Assembly (NCBI GenBank): GCA_045837725.1
Contig: JBEWZL010000246.1
Coordinates: 62,001 to 126,000 of the forward strand
Direction: 5' to 3'
Origin: Vermamoeba vermiformis
Lineage: Eukaryota
DNA length: 64,000 bases
A model generated the notes under the pieces. It searched no databases. It saw only the letters and a program-made list of their open reading frames with translations, and was not told the DNA's origin. This document shows positions 52,734-64,000 of the stretch, piece by piece. The first letter of the stretch is position 1. Each line of letters starts with the position of its first letter. Position numbers and translations under genes: made by a program.

Positions 52734-53390
52734 ATGGCAGCGCCAATTGACAACAGATCAGCTCTACAATGGATAACTCTGTGGCTTGTTATTCTGGTAG
52801 AGTTATTCACTGCTACTATAGGAATCATGTTAGTGCTGAAGATGGATGACAAATTGCTGCCATACGAAGTATTTTGTTACACAACTTACCCTCGGATCGC
52901 GATCTTCCTTGTTTGTTCAGGCTTGATCGCTGGCAAAGATTTTTGGAAATACTACCTAAAAATAGACGTAATTTTGGTAGGCGGAATCGGCTCAGCAATC
53001 TCGTTCATCTTTATGTTGCGCGAGAATCCGGATGTGCCACGAGACGACCCATCAGGCATTTCAATACACGCCTCAGTTATGTATTGCGCCATAGTATTCT
53101 GTCTGATAGGCAATTACCGCATCCTAATGCGCTGGTATCCATGGACGGTGTCAAAACTTTGGATTTACAAGCTGGTCCGATTCTATCACTGCGTCTTCTT
53201 CTTGGTTCAACAAGTCGTAGCCCGTCAAGTTAGTCTTTCAGCAGCCATTGCTTATTTTGCAGCAACTATCGGACTTTTAAGCGGTATGATGGCAGCTGTT
53301 GTGGTCAAAGAACGAGAAGTTCAGAAAATAGCGTTGGATCGCAAAAAGCAGAACGAGTCGAAACTAGAAACATTAAGCCTTAAAGTGTAA
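52734..53390 (+). CDS. Uncharacterised multi-pass membrane protein (intronless)
   Basis: 218-aa ORF sharing EL.TA, YTTYPR.A, IHA.V.Y, G.YR, W.PWT, YKLVRF.H and AYF.AT with the upstream ORF. Confidence 0.8.
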   Translation: MAAPIDNRSALQWITLWLVILVELFTATIGIMLVLKMDDKLLPYEVFCYTTYPRIAIFLVCSGLIAGKDFWKYYLKIDVILVGGIGSAISFIFMLRENPDVPRDDPSGISIHASVMYCAIVFCLIGNYRILMRWYPWTVSKLWIYKLVRFYHCVFFLVQQVVARQVSLSAAIAYFAATIGLLSGMMAAVVVKEREVQKIALDRKKQNESKLETLSLKV

Positions 53391-53546
53391 TAAAATAATA
53401 ACATACATTGTATTTGTTTCGTGTGCATAAGATCGTGCAATGTCAATAAATTTCGGATCTTTCACATGTCCTTAAAGACCAAATTCCGACCTCATACTTA
53501 ATCATCGTATACAAGTTTTTATATCGGGTTTACTAATGCGCAAAAA

Positions 53547-56257
53547 TTACTTCTTGTTGTACGTTGTTGTCACATTCTTCTTGCCATTAACAACAGCGAC
53601 TAAGCCACAAAATAAACTTGCCGCCTCACTGCTGTATTCAAACGCGTACTTCTCTAATTATCGATCGAAATTAGATATTACCTTATTTGGCAAAATAACA
53701 ATGTGATGCTTACTTGTCGCGCTGGCTTTGACAGTAAAACTGATATTGCTTTTTACTACGGCGTTCAGTCTAGTAATGTACTTCGTTCCCTCAATATTGA
53801 TTTTTAGACCCTTCAACTTCAAGCTATGCTGTTCATATTTACGAGGGTTAGGGTTTGAATTCAAAAGCTTTTTTTTGTGCTTACGCTTCCGATGAAGATT
53901 TCGGTTAGATTTTTAGCCTTTAACGTAACTTCCTTATCGTCCAATTGCTTTGCTTTGGTAGTATACGACACTCCTAGTATTTCAAAGAAGAATCTTATTG
54001 GGTATTTGAACTGCTCTTGCAAGAACAAATTGATGTATTCTCGGTCTAAGGCTCGGAATAGTCGGTCTTTTGGAACCGTCATTAACATCTCCGTTACTTT
54101 CTTCCAACATTCATTTGACCTCGTATTATCATAGCTACTAGCAAAACACAACATATTCGTCAAGTTTTCGGTGTTTGTTAAGTCAACCTGAAGCCAAAAA
54201 TTAAGTTGCAAAATTTTTTTGACGAGGGTTAGGGTTTGAGCCAAAAAAAATCGTTACGTACTGTGGCTCCAGTCATAATTAACTCATCAACACAAGTCAA
54301 CTTGACGTATTTTGACTCTTTTTCTTCTCCCTCGCTGTCAGAATCCGAGTCAAGAATCAGCTCGGCGAACCGCTCCTTATTCCGAGCTTCTCGTCTATGT
54401 GTGGCACTTTCATACGATGTTTTGACCCAAGATTGCAATGCAATCTACAATAACGAGTTAATGAACAATGAAATTTCACGAGGCTTTTTTTTCGAAGCTC
54501 TTACCCCCAACGGCTGTTCCTTCGCATTATTAAAGGCATTAACGTCGAGTTTTTGTGCAATCAAATATTTGATCAAGTCTTTGTTATTCTCGGCGTCACG
54601 GCATGCATAGTGAAGACCACTGTTGTTGTTGTCGTCCAGATCCGTAACTCGGATCTGAGCAGCAGTTCCCAACTAAAAATATCCAATATAGTTAGCCTTA
54701 TGATTGGATTAATAACAAATTATTGCTTACGTGGGCTTGTAATGCGTTAATTTGGCGCAATCTTGGTTCAGATCCAGGCTGGAATTGGTTCTCCACGATC
54801 GCGTGAAACAAATTTTGATTGTCCGTGTAGCGCACGACATTCAAGTAGTCCACGGGCAATGTCGTCAACTATAATCAATAATCCGTATTAATATTATTGG
54901 AGGGTTAAGGAGGACCTACATCAATGCTCAAAGTGATTTCAATCAGGGCCTTAGTAGCGCTCATCAAGGCAGTCTGATTGTCGTACTGGAGTGCAGGTTC
55001 GACCAGATTCATGCTGGGATACGAATTGATGTAATATTCCGTGTTGGATCTGATCTCCTCGAAGAAGTATTTGTGCGCCAATGTATTCATTCCCACAATT
55101 TGATCGACTGGGTAGTCGATAAACATAAACAGCGTGAATTTTTTGCCTAAAAGATTAATTTGCGTAAAAATTTTTTGCATGATCCGGATGTACTTACTTC
55201 CATATAAAAGTAACATTAGTTTTTCCATAACTGCAGCCACTACTTCTGGTTTAATATTGCCTTCAAGCGTAATTATCGATTCATGAGTGTTGCTGTCTTT
55301 CATTCCGGACATGAACAAACCCTTGAAGTACGACGAGTCTAGCAAAGTATGAATATCAATAGTACGTACGATAGTGGTGGATTATACTTACAATTGGCAA
55401 GCATTATACGATGTGCCTTCAAAAATATCGATTTTTCTTTGTTGAAGTACAAAGTTATGTCGCTAAGTGGGGTGTCGTGACCCAACTTTGGCGTAAACTT
55501 TTCAATATGAGGTGCAAAGGCACTGCCTATTCGACCCTCCCTTTCTTCAACAGCCACCGCCAAGTCACTTGCACCGTAATTCTAAAGAATAAGGATCATT
55601 AGTAAGACGTAAAAATTAGTCGCAAGTAGCGGATCCGCTTTACCTTGTAAACTTCGGCCAAGTAGTCCAATTGAGGCTTTATCGTCTCGTCCTTCATTAA
55701 ACTGCTGTTATATAATACTTGGAAAAACGAAGAAACCATTTTCTCGTCTTTGTCTTTGAGTGGATCTACGAGCAAAACGTGATCCCGATCTTGTTCAGTT
55801 TCGCTTTCAAATTTCGTCTCCATTAATTTTTCGTATAGCTTAGGGCACGAGCAGCTAATAATAAATTTGTGGCAATAATATTTCTTTGCATCAGAGTCTT
55901 TAGAGGTGTGAATGACGAGATCACTTAAGACTCGTTCGTTGAACCAATCTTTGAAGAATAATGTGCGCAAATTTTCAGCTTCGGGCTTACTCTTCTTATT
56001 TGCCTCTTTTTCTTTCTCTCCCGCGAGAGGGATCCATTTTCTCTTCGCTGTAAAATTCAAAATTAAAATTTCAAACCGTAAAAATTAAAATAAATGCTCT
56101 TCATCGTAACGATTACATAGGAATCGGGTTCTTTGTTTCTATAGATTAGAAGAATATATAAATTTATAAATTTATAAATTTTTAAAAATAAAGATCTCAA
56201 CGGCCGAAAATTTAAATTTCGGTGTCGAGTGTTTTCAAACTTACGTGGAGCGTCCAT
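53547..56257 (-). CDS. Tandem BTB/POZ + ankyrin repeat protein
   Basis: LSDLVI..YCHKFIISCSCPKL; LSDITL..KAHRIMLANSSYFKGLFMSGMKDS; DNNNSGLHYAC..IKYLIAQKLDVNAFN..PL; 3' end approximate. Confidence 0.78.
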
Positions 56258-56635
56258 ATGTTTGTCAACGTACTATATAGTTACTTGTGGTGGAATATAT
56301 GTGAATTACTGATACAAATGGTTTTGAGAGAACCAGAAAAAAATGGATCGAGTTTTTAGCGCGGCCTGAAAATTTCGTTACGCGACGGTGCTCAAGTTTC
56401 ATCTACTCAAACATAATCTCAAGTACTCAATGATTTTCAGTGGACCTAGCCTTAGAAATCTTCGGACTTTAAATAACCTAAAAAAGGATCTGTCGCGAGA
56501 CAAAGATGTGCTGGACCAATCAGTAATGAGCAATTACATGTCAACACCTGTCACTAGGTGACGAGAAAACATATTTTAAGTTTAGAACCATTCGAGTCAT
56601 TGCTCTACCACATTTTGTTTCAGTTGCAACACGTC

Positions 56636-57660
56636 ATGAACAAATCCGTTTACTTTTTCTTATTCTTGGCTCTGTCAACGGCTGTTATTGACTGCCGCAA
56701 ATGCCCTAACCCTCCTGTCGTTAAAAATTTTAACGTTAAGGCTTATATGGGCGTTTGGTATGAAATCGGTAAGTGTCAGCATCTGCCATAAAAATTTATA
56801 TCGGCACTAACCTAATCAAATGTAGCTTCGAGTGCTTTGCAACACGGTATTTTCGAAAGAAATTGCTACTGCAGCACCGCTCAATATGAAATTGTCAATG
56901 CATGTAAGTACACGTCCCATTTTATGTCCGATCAAGAACCAAAACTCCGAAGTTCGGAATATTAAATAACTTTATATAGCAACTGTTAGTGTAGTTAATA
57001 GTTGTGCTTATGGAGGCCCGACCAACACTCGCGTCGAAGTTATTGGGTAAGTTAAATGTCCGAAATTATGGATGTCGTTAAGAGATCTCACAAAAATCTT
57101 ATTATGAAACAGAAACGCTTACGTTAGCAACCCCTCGCAGCCAGCTAAGCTCTATGTAAGCATAATCTTGACATAATACGCGAGATTAGATTTTGACTGA
57201 TGGATGTAGGTGGAATTCAACAGCTCGTTCATTCCTTCGTACGCCAAGTCACCCTATTGGGTATTAGATGCCGTAAGTATCATACTGTATATCCATAAAA
57301 TACATCGTCAATAATTTCCATGGCTTCGGTAGACAACGAAAAGTCCTTTAAATGACATCCGATCCCAAATCTTTCCTGGGATCTTTCTTTAGCTATTGAA
57401 CCAATATTAACTTACATACTTAGGCTACCGACTATTCATATGCCTTGGTTTGGAGTTGCATTGATTTGTTCGATGATTGGGATTTAGAAAACGCTTTCAT
57501 CCTCTCGCGCAATCCTACGCTCGACAGCTATACTTACACTAAATTGCTCAACAAATTGCAAGTCTTAACTGGTCATAATCCCGATGATATGGTGCAGCAG
57601 GTTCAAGGTGGAAATTGCAACTATCAAAATCCGAGTTCAGAAAAATCCGCGAGGCTCTAA
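56636..57660 (+). CDS. Secreted lipocalin (ApoD/Blc-like)
   Basis: Signal peptide; CPNPPVVKNFNVKAYMGVWYEI (GxW), YWVL..TDY.YALVWSC, FILSRNPTL. Confidence 0.9.
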
Positions 57661-57952
57661 AGATATGTTTAGTTTATAATAGTGCATATGAGTATTATTA
57701 GTGCTTGAGATACGATTAAATAATAATAAAAATTTGAACAAGAGAACCAGATCGGATCTTGATACCTGCTAGCATAAAAGACCGGGAGAGGGCGATACGA
57801 ACACACAATAGTCGTTTAATGATCTACCTACGACATTTGGTGTCAAAAATGTATTTGATATGTTGCGTAGGTAAACAGATGCAGCAAAAAAAGAAAAATC
57901 AGAATTTGAATTTCAATTTTCTAACCAACAAACTGGAGCACAATCAACACTG

Positions 57953-60448
57953 ATGTCTGTAGTCAAAGAAGGAAAATTAAAAATCTTCAAGCCCAGTGCT
58001 GAAAAATACGTGCCGATGGGCACTGGCGGTTGGGTTGAAGTAAATGCGCGATTGCTGTCGAACGCTGTATTTGAATATGACGATAAGGTAAATTACACAT
58101 TATTATAATACATTAAGTCGTATTTTACAAGGTGATATTTATTTGAAGACTTTTCGGGATTTTAATTTTCTATACGTTGCATTTACTTTACAAAATATAA
58201 CAATACAATAGAATTTGTTTCATATTTTACACATTCATAATGGCAAATTTTCATATTGATGCATTATCCAGAAAATCGAAATCGGACCCTTCATGACCGT
58301 TACACCCTCAACAAGACGAGCAAACTTCACAGGTGTATTTGTTTTCAATACCAAAGAAGAATCTAGCTATGATTCTGGACCAATATTCGCTGGCAATGGC
58401 GAGGTAGAATTTCTGAATATTTGATCTAATTGCCTTAACTTTACTTAACGTGCTTTTCTTCGTATTAAGGAAGGAGTTCAATGGATGCGAATGATTAATT
58501 ATATTCGCCTGGAAAATACTGCTAAAGCAGTCCATGATCACCCATTAACGCAGATGTCGGCCTTTCCTCCAAACAGCAAACGCATCGGCCCTTCAGTCCT
58601 CACTATAGAGTCTAAGGATTTTAAAAGCTGCTCAGTATGCAAAAAATCGGTTAATCCTAAAGAAGGTAAACGATCGTAAATTTCGGCCGTTGCATCTGAT
58701 CTTAAAATTTTCAAAGGTTACTGCTGCGAGTTCTGCAATGTTCCTACAAATAAGGAGCACCACTATCAGTGTAGCGATTGCTACAAAGGATTCAAGGCCT
58801 TTGAGGCGCCATTCATCAGCACTCCTTATCACAATCATCAGCTCATGAAAATTCCTTCAGATCGAGATCTACGCTGGTGCTATATGGACCGCAAATTTGA
58901 CTGCTCAAAGTGTTCGAAAAAAGTCAATAAGACCAATGGATATCATTGCGTTGAATGTGATCAATGGACCGAATGTGGTGCTTGTGCTACTGCTTCCGAA
59001 GCGACAAACGCTGCAAATGCTCAAAACACTGACGCAATTGAAAATAATGCTGCTACGATGAAACTTGCACTTAATTTATTAGAACCAGCAATGAAAGTTG
59101 AAGGCAACAAGTACTCGCTGAACAATGTCAAAGCCTACCGATGTCCTCAAGCAGCGAGCATTATCACGAATAATTACTGGAACTTGTCAAAAATTGACAG
59201 CAAGCCAGCTGACAACGCGTACTTTGAAGTAACGTTCAACAAAATCAACAAAGACGGGCACGTCAGCGTTGGTATTGGAAACCATATCTTCGTTCAGAAT
59301 CAAATGCTCGGATACCAGCAGAACAGCTTCGGTTATATGAACAACGGCGATGCATTGCAAAATATTGGTACTAATGGGCAGCGCTTGGAAGAGTATACTG
59401 CAGGTAAGTGAAGCACATCCGTAAATTTTGCAAAATTTTCTGACCGCGTAGGCGACACTATCGGATGTGGTATATTATTGGACAGTTACAATCAGCGTCA
59501 TGTATTCTATACAAAGAACGGTCAAATCGTTGGTAAGCACAAAAAATCGATATTTCATCACGTGACATTCGGTGACTGAAGGCCACTTTAGGCGTATTCA
59601 AAGGAACCCTTCATCGAGGCATGGACTGCTTTCCCGGCGTCTCCTTTACCCGCACATCGATGGTTGAATTCGTTGCAAATTTAGAAGGCCCATTCAAGTT
59701 CGATTTATCGAGTGTCCCGAACTATCGAAACGACCGACAAAATCGATTGGAGGCTTTGCCTACGGAAATTTTATCAATGTGCCTGGCATTCGCTGTTAAA
59801 TCTAAGCTTGAAGCGGCCCAGCTGACTTACGTACGTTCATGAAAATGAATTTTCAGGTTTACTAACCCCATCAGATCTCGAAACAATGTCGTGACGCTGC
59901 AAGATCTAACGAGGTCTGGAAACGCTTATTCTTGCAGACATGGCCTTTGCAAAGTGCAAAATTAAAGATTAAGTCTTGGTACACATTATACAAGCGACGA
60001 CATGCCGTAGAAAATCCGCGAGTCCCGAAGCCAATCTCAACACAAGTACCGCCAAAGAACCATTTTATAGGTCTTTCCATAATTAAATATTAAATATGCT
60101 TATTAATGCAATACTAAAGAGAATTGTGAGCTGGAGTTTGAATGCCCGTTGGTCTATGAGAAGTTGACCAAAACAGATGCTGGATCCAGACATTGCGATA
60201 AATGTCAGAAGACAGTGTACGAAGGTAAGTCTTAATTTGAATACGGTACCATAATTTGATCTTCTCTTTACTAATACATAAACTCAGTTTCGGATGAAGA
60301 TCAATTGCGCGAGTTTAGTGAAATGGGCCGCTGCGTGGCATTCGTAGAAAAAATTAAAACGCAGGGTGACCCAGGCTTGAGGCGAAGACCTTTAATGGGT
60401 TCTATAAGAGCACCTCCTCCGAAAATTCCTCCTCCATTCCAAAACTAA
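57953..60448 (+). CDS. PH - Cys-rich zinc fingers - SPRY - F-box - Cys-rich C-terminal domain protein
   Basis: PH (VKEGKLKI..EFNGWMRMI); CSVC..YCCEFC, CSKC..YHCVEC; SPRY (AYFEV, VSVGIG, SFGYMNNG, GDTIGCG, FYTKNG, FPGVS); F-box LEALPTEILSMCL..ISKQCR..NEVWKRL. Confidence 0.8.
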
Positions 60449-60843
60449 TGTTCCCTGTAATTGATTAGCTTTAGATATGAATGATTTCATTATAAAAATG
60501 CAATACTGTTGAAATAGTTTGATTTTCACGTTGAGAAAGGACACAGCGACTTTATAAAGATTCATGAAACACATCAAAAGCAATTTCCAATTTTGGCAGG
60601 TCGCGCGACACCTTGTTATCAATAATTTGTTTTTGTAAGACCTTTTTCATTACCGCTTACGAAAGCACGACTACTGCACAATATCTGGTCATTTTTTGAA
60701 TCGAGGTTGGTAAATTTGTCGACTTTCGTTTGACGTTCCTTCCGCAACTCTTATTTAAGCGCAGCAAATAATTTTAAAATATTTTATAAATAAATTGCAT
60801 CGTATTTGTGGCCAAGAATATTACCTAATTACAGTTTAACCAG

Positions 60844-63286
60844 ATGTCAGAAAAGCAAAAATTATTTGAACAGCTCAAAAAAGAGCAAATCACACAGGAC
60901 GAATTCGAACGTAAATTAGAGGAACTTAAGCAGAAGGAGAATAATTCAAAGTAAGATTTAATTCATTATGTTGATTTTTCATGAAGCAGTTACTTTTTTC
61001 AATTTCCCGATCGACCGTCGCTTGATACCAAGGTTAAGAATAGTCACATAATACTATTATAGGTCTCCTAAGAAGGGCAAAAAAGGTGCAAAGGCTGACA
61101 AAAAAGACACGGGGTAATTACTTGATCGATACTAATTTGTCTAATATTTACTGACATTATTTGTGAACGCAGATCCGCTACAAATGAAGAAAATGCATCT
61201 AAGGGAGCTAATTTATTGAATTACTGGTATCCTTTGTGCTTCGTCACTGATCTGCCAAAACAAAAGTACGTACTTGATCCGATCCCGTTCTCTTTGCTTT
61301 AAATTTCCTTCTTTGTATGCAATTATAAATATTATAATATAACCACCACTTTATTATTATTATCGAAAGCATCGGTCGTCTAATTATATTCTGTACAGGC
61401 CTTATCCCTGTATGCTGTACGGTCAGCCGCTCGTCTTATTCTACGACAAAAAAGGCGATATCGTCTGCTTGCAGGACAGATGTTCTCATCGCAGCACGCC
61501 ACTTTCGATTGGTGTGTGGGTGGACGGTGCAGTTGAGTGTCGTTATCACGGATGGACTTTTGGAACTGGTATGTCAGACTCATATAGTAATTAGCGATAT
61601 TACAATAATGTATATAACGAGTAATATTTAATTTAAGTGTGGTGTGCGTGTCGGATCTGATCAAGTTTTTTTTAGACGGTGAATGTGTTCGTATTCCATC
61701 ATTTGCTCCTGACGAGAAAATCCCCGCTTATGCGCGTGTGCCTCATTATCCAACGAAAGTTCGCGAAGGAATGGTAAGTCTGTCATTTTATCTTGATTCA
61801 GTCTCAGTAGCACTTTGACCGAGGTGTTTGGGAGGACAAGATTTTCAGCGAATATTGTTCTAATGGGTTGATTTTTTAGGTGTGGGTTTGGCCCGGCGAC
61901 AAGAACTTAATGAGCGACAAGGGATTTCCAAAGCCAGTGCCAGAACTTAATGAACGTGACATGAAGTTGCTTGATGGCACGTACCTTGGCGACTACAGTT
62001 TCGTATGTATAAGCTGTTAGACGCAATTTATTCGCATATAGATGTCTTATAATATTCATTGTATAGGAATCCGCGATTGAAAATTTGTTGGATCCGACAC
62101 ACCTTCAATTCGTTCATGAAGGCCAACAAGGTGACGTCATCGGACCTCGTAATGTGAACTATCCTGAAGGTACGTAGCACGCGCCTTTTTTCGATTTCGA
62201 ACGAATAATCAATTTAATGTAGCGTCTGTGGCTAAGATCGAAGAGACTGGCATTGAGGGTGGATTTTTGGGCCGAATTACATCGGACAAAACTGTCAAAA
62301 AGACGAACTATTTGTTAGAGTTTGAACCTCCCTGCACCGTTAGATTAGAGGTACAGTCTATATTGTTTCAAAGACTAAGCTAATTGTTGTGGCATTAGGT
62401 CAAGTTCCCTAACGGCACGTGGAAATTTCACCAGATGCATTACTTGATTCCCGTTCAGCACAACAAAGTTAAAATGTTGTTGCGCAGTTTCAGAAATTGG
62501 CTCAAATTTATTCCTGCTTCAACATTTGCTGCGAATAACTACGCTGTGTTATTGCAAGACATCGGAGGTAATGACGGTATATTAAAGGGTGTTAAAATTT
62601 TGTCATTTTCAAGCTCGCACCAATTGTAATGTATTTTTCTCAGTGCTATTATCGCAAAAGAAAAGACTCGACCAAGGCTCCTCGCGTTGGAATTTGCCTG
62701 TGCCAACTGATAACATGGCAGTGCGATTTAAGAAGTGGATTGACGAGGCTCAAAAGGCACACCCCGTTTGGTTCAAGTACGGGCTTATTGTTATTTTAAT
62801 AGTACCCCTCGCTGATAGTATTCCCTAGGAACTTTAACTCAACAATGAAAAATCCGAGCGTTGAATTGACGCACGACATCGAAGGTTCGTGAAAAAAAAA
62901 TGTGTTCGAGGTGAAGACTTTTGTTACTTATTGTTCTAATTATAGATCTTGGGGATTCAAACAAATGTTGTGGTTGTGCTAGCAGTGACATGTACGCATG
63001 TGATGACACCAAGACTCTTCAAAATGTCATCGACAAAGAGAAGAAAATTTGGCCAAAGTCGACACAAGACCCGCCTGGCGCATTGGGATTCAAGTTCTTG
63101 GCCGCGATGAACTTTGTGAAAAATATTGCAATTCTATTGGTCATTAGTTTTGCACTGTATTTCTTGGCCGTGAAGATGACGTGGATGCCGGCCAAGTCTA
63201 ATTCAGAGTTGATCATTTACAGCTTCGTCATTGCATTTGTCAGCGTTGCTTCGTCAAAGATATCCAACGGAAATGGTAAACATTAG
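60844..63286 (+). CDS. Rieske non-heme iron oxygenase (PAO/CAO/VanA-like) with C-terminal TM helices
   Basis: WYPL, DRCSHR..ECRYHGW (Rieske), ENLLDPTHLQFVH (mononuclear Fe), QD, two hydrophobic C-terminal helices. Confidence 0.9.
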
Positions 63287-63471
63287 ATTAAAAGCCACTA
63301 AACTTGTACGAACTGTAAATGTTATTTTTTCTCGCTCGTTGTCTTTGCAGCGGCTTTTGCAGCATTTTTAGCCAGAATGAAATTTCGCGTCACGTGATCG
63401 AACCACAGGACAGGACTGAATAAAACAATTAATATTTCTTCAATCACCGCAGCACCACCTTGCATTTAATC

Positions 63472-64000
63472 ATGGAACATGACGTCGTAATGACGGATTT
63501 GGCTGACTTCGTGTCTTATTTTCAGGTAAGATTTGGATATAGAGGACGTTAGCATATTATCTAGTAAATTTAATAAATTAACGAAATAATTAGTCGCAAA
63601 TTTTATTTAATTATCGCACAGGATTGGGTTGACGTCCAGAATTTTCTATAATTTTTCTGCTCCAGAAAATCTACATTTCTGACTACTTTTAATATCAAAA
63701 ATATGGAATAATAATTTATTAAGCTATTTGCCACTAGGAACTACTGGATCCGCTTCTCGAACAAATATTTCGAGATTTTGACGAGTCTTTCAATGGCAGA
63801 AGCGATACAGCGATATTAAGAACTGTTTGCAAAAATTTTCGAAGAATTATAGACACTTCAATACCGTATTTTTGCCTCTACAGAACTTTAACGGATGCGA
63901 TCAAACAGCACAACGAAAAACCGTTTTCGTCACCATGGCTCACATCATATCAATCCAATATTCATTCAGTATTATTTCAGCCAAAGCCTGTGCTTAAAAA
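63472..64000 (+). CDS. Possible F-box-like protein, 5' part
   Basis: ATG 63472, intron 63526-63737, ELLDPLLEQIF..ILRTVCKNFRRII; open to the window end. Confidence 0.4.

Noticed and set aside
1-64000. tRNA, rRNA, CRISPR arrays, transposase or reverse transcriptase genes
   Set aside because: No cloverleaf with T-loop, repeat-spacer array or DDE/RT motifs recognised by eye; a tool scan could still find weak cases.

Overview
Gene-dense, AT-rich eukaryotic DNA with many short GT-AG introns. It is probably from a free-living protist, plausibly an amoebozoan; that is inferred from gene content and the organism cannot be fixed from sequence. About 29 protein genes can be rebuilt by hand across introns: FAD monooxygenase, ABCB half-transporter, long-form RNase Z, a tandem array of five predicted GPI-anchored surface proteins (two with L-lectin and EGF domains), CPBP/CAAX protease, a ubiquitin-like protein, DUF4139, a BNR propeller, a mitochondrial carrier, an MFS sugar porter, two 2OG-Fe(II) dioxygenases, a STAT-like SH2 protein, a TTBK/CK1 kinase, a head-to-head pair of unknown membrane proteins, a BTB-ankyrin protein, a lipocalin, a PH-SPRY-F-box protein and a Rieske oxygenase. 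The standout is a family of three genes (28545-30645, 38012-40488, 40587-42932) fusing an N-terminal F-box to an eEF1A/EF-Tu-like fold that has lost its GTPase motifs. The three share intron positions, and the tandem pair shows mosaic divergence. No rRNA, tRNA or CRISPR array was recognised. Exon boundaries were read by eye, and family calls come from motif recognition, not database searches.
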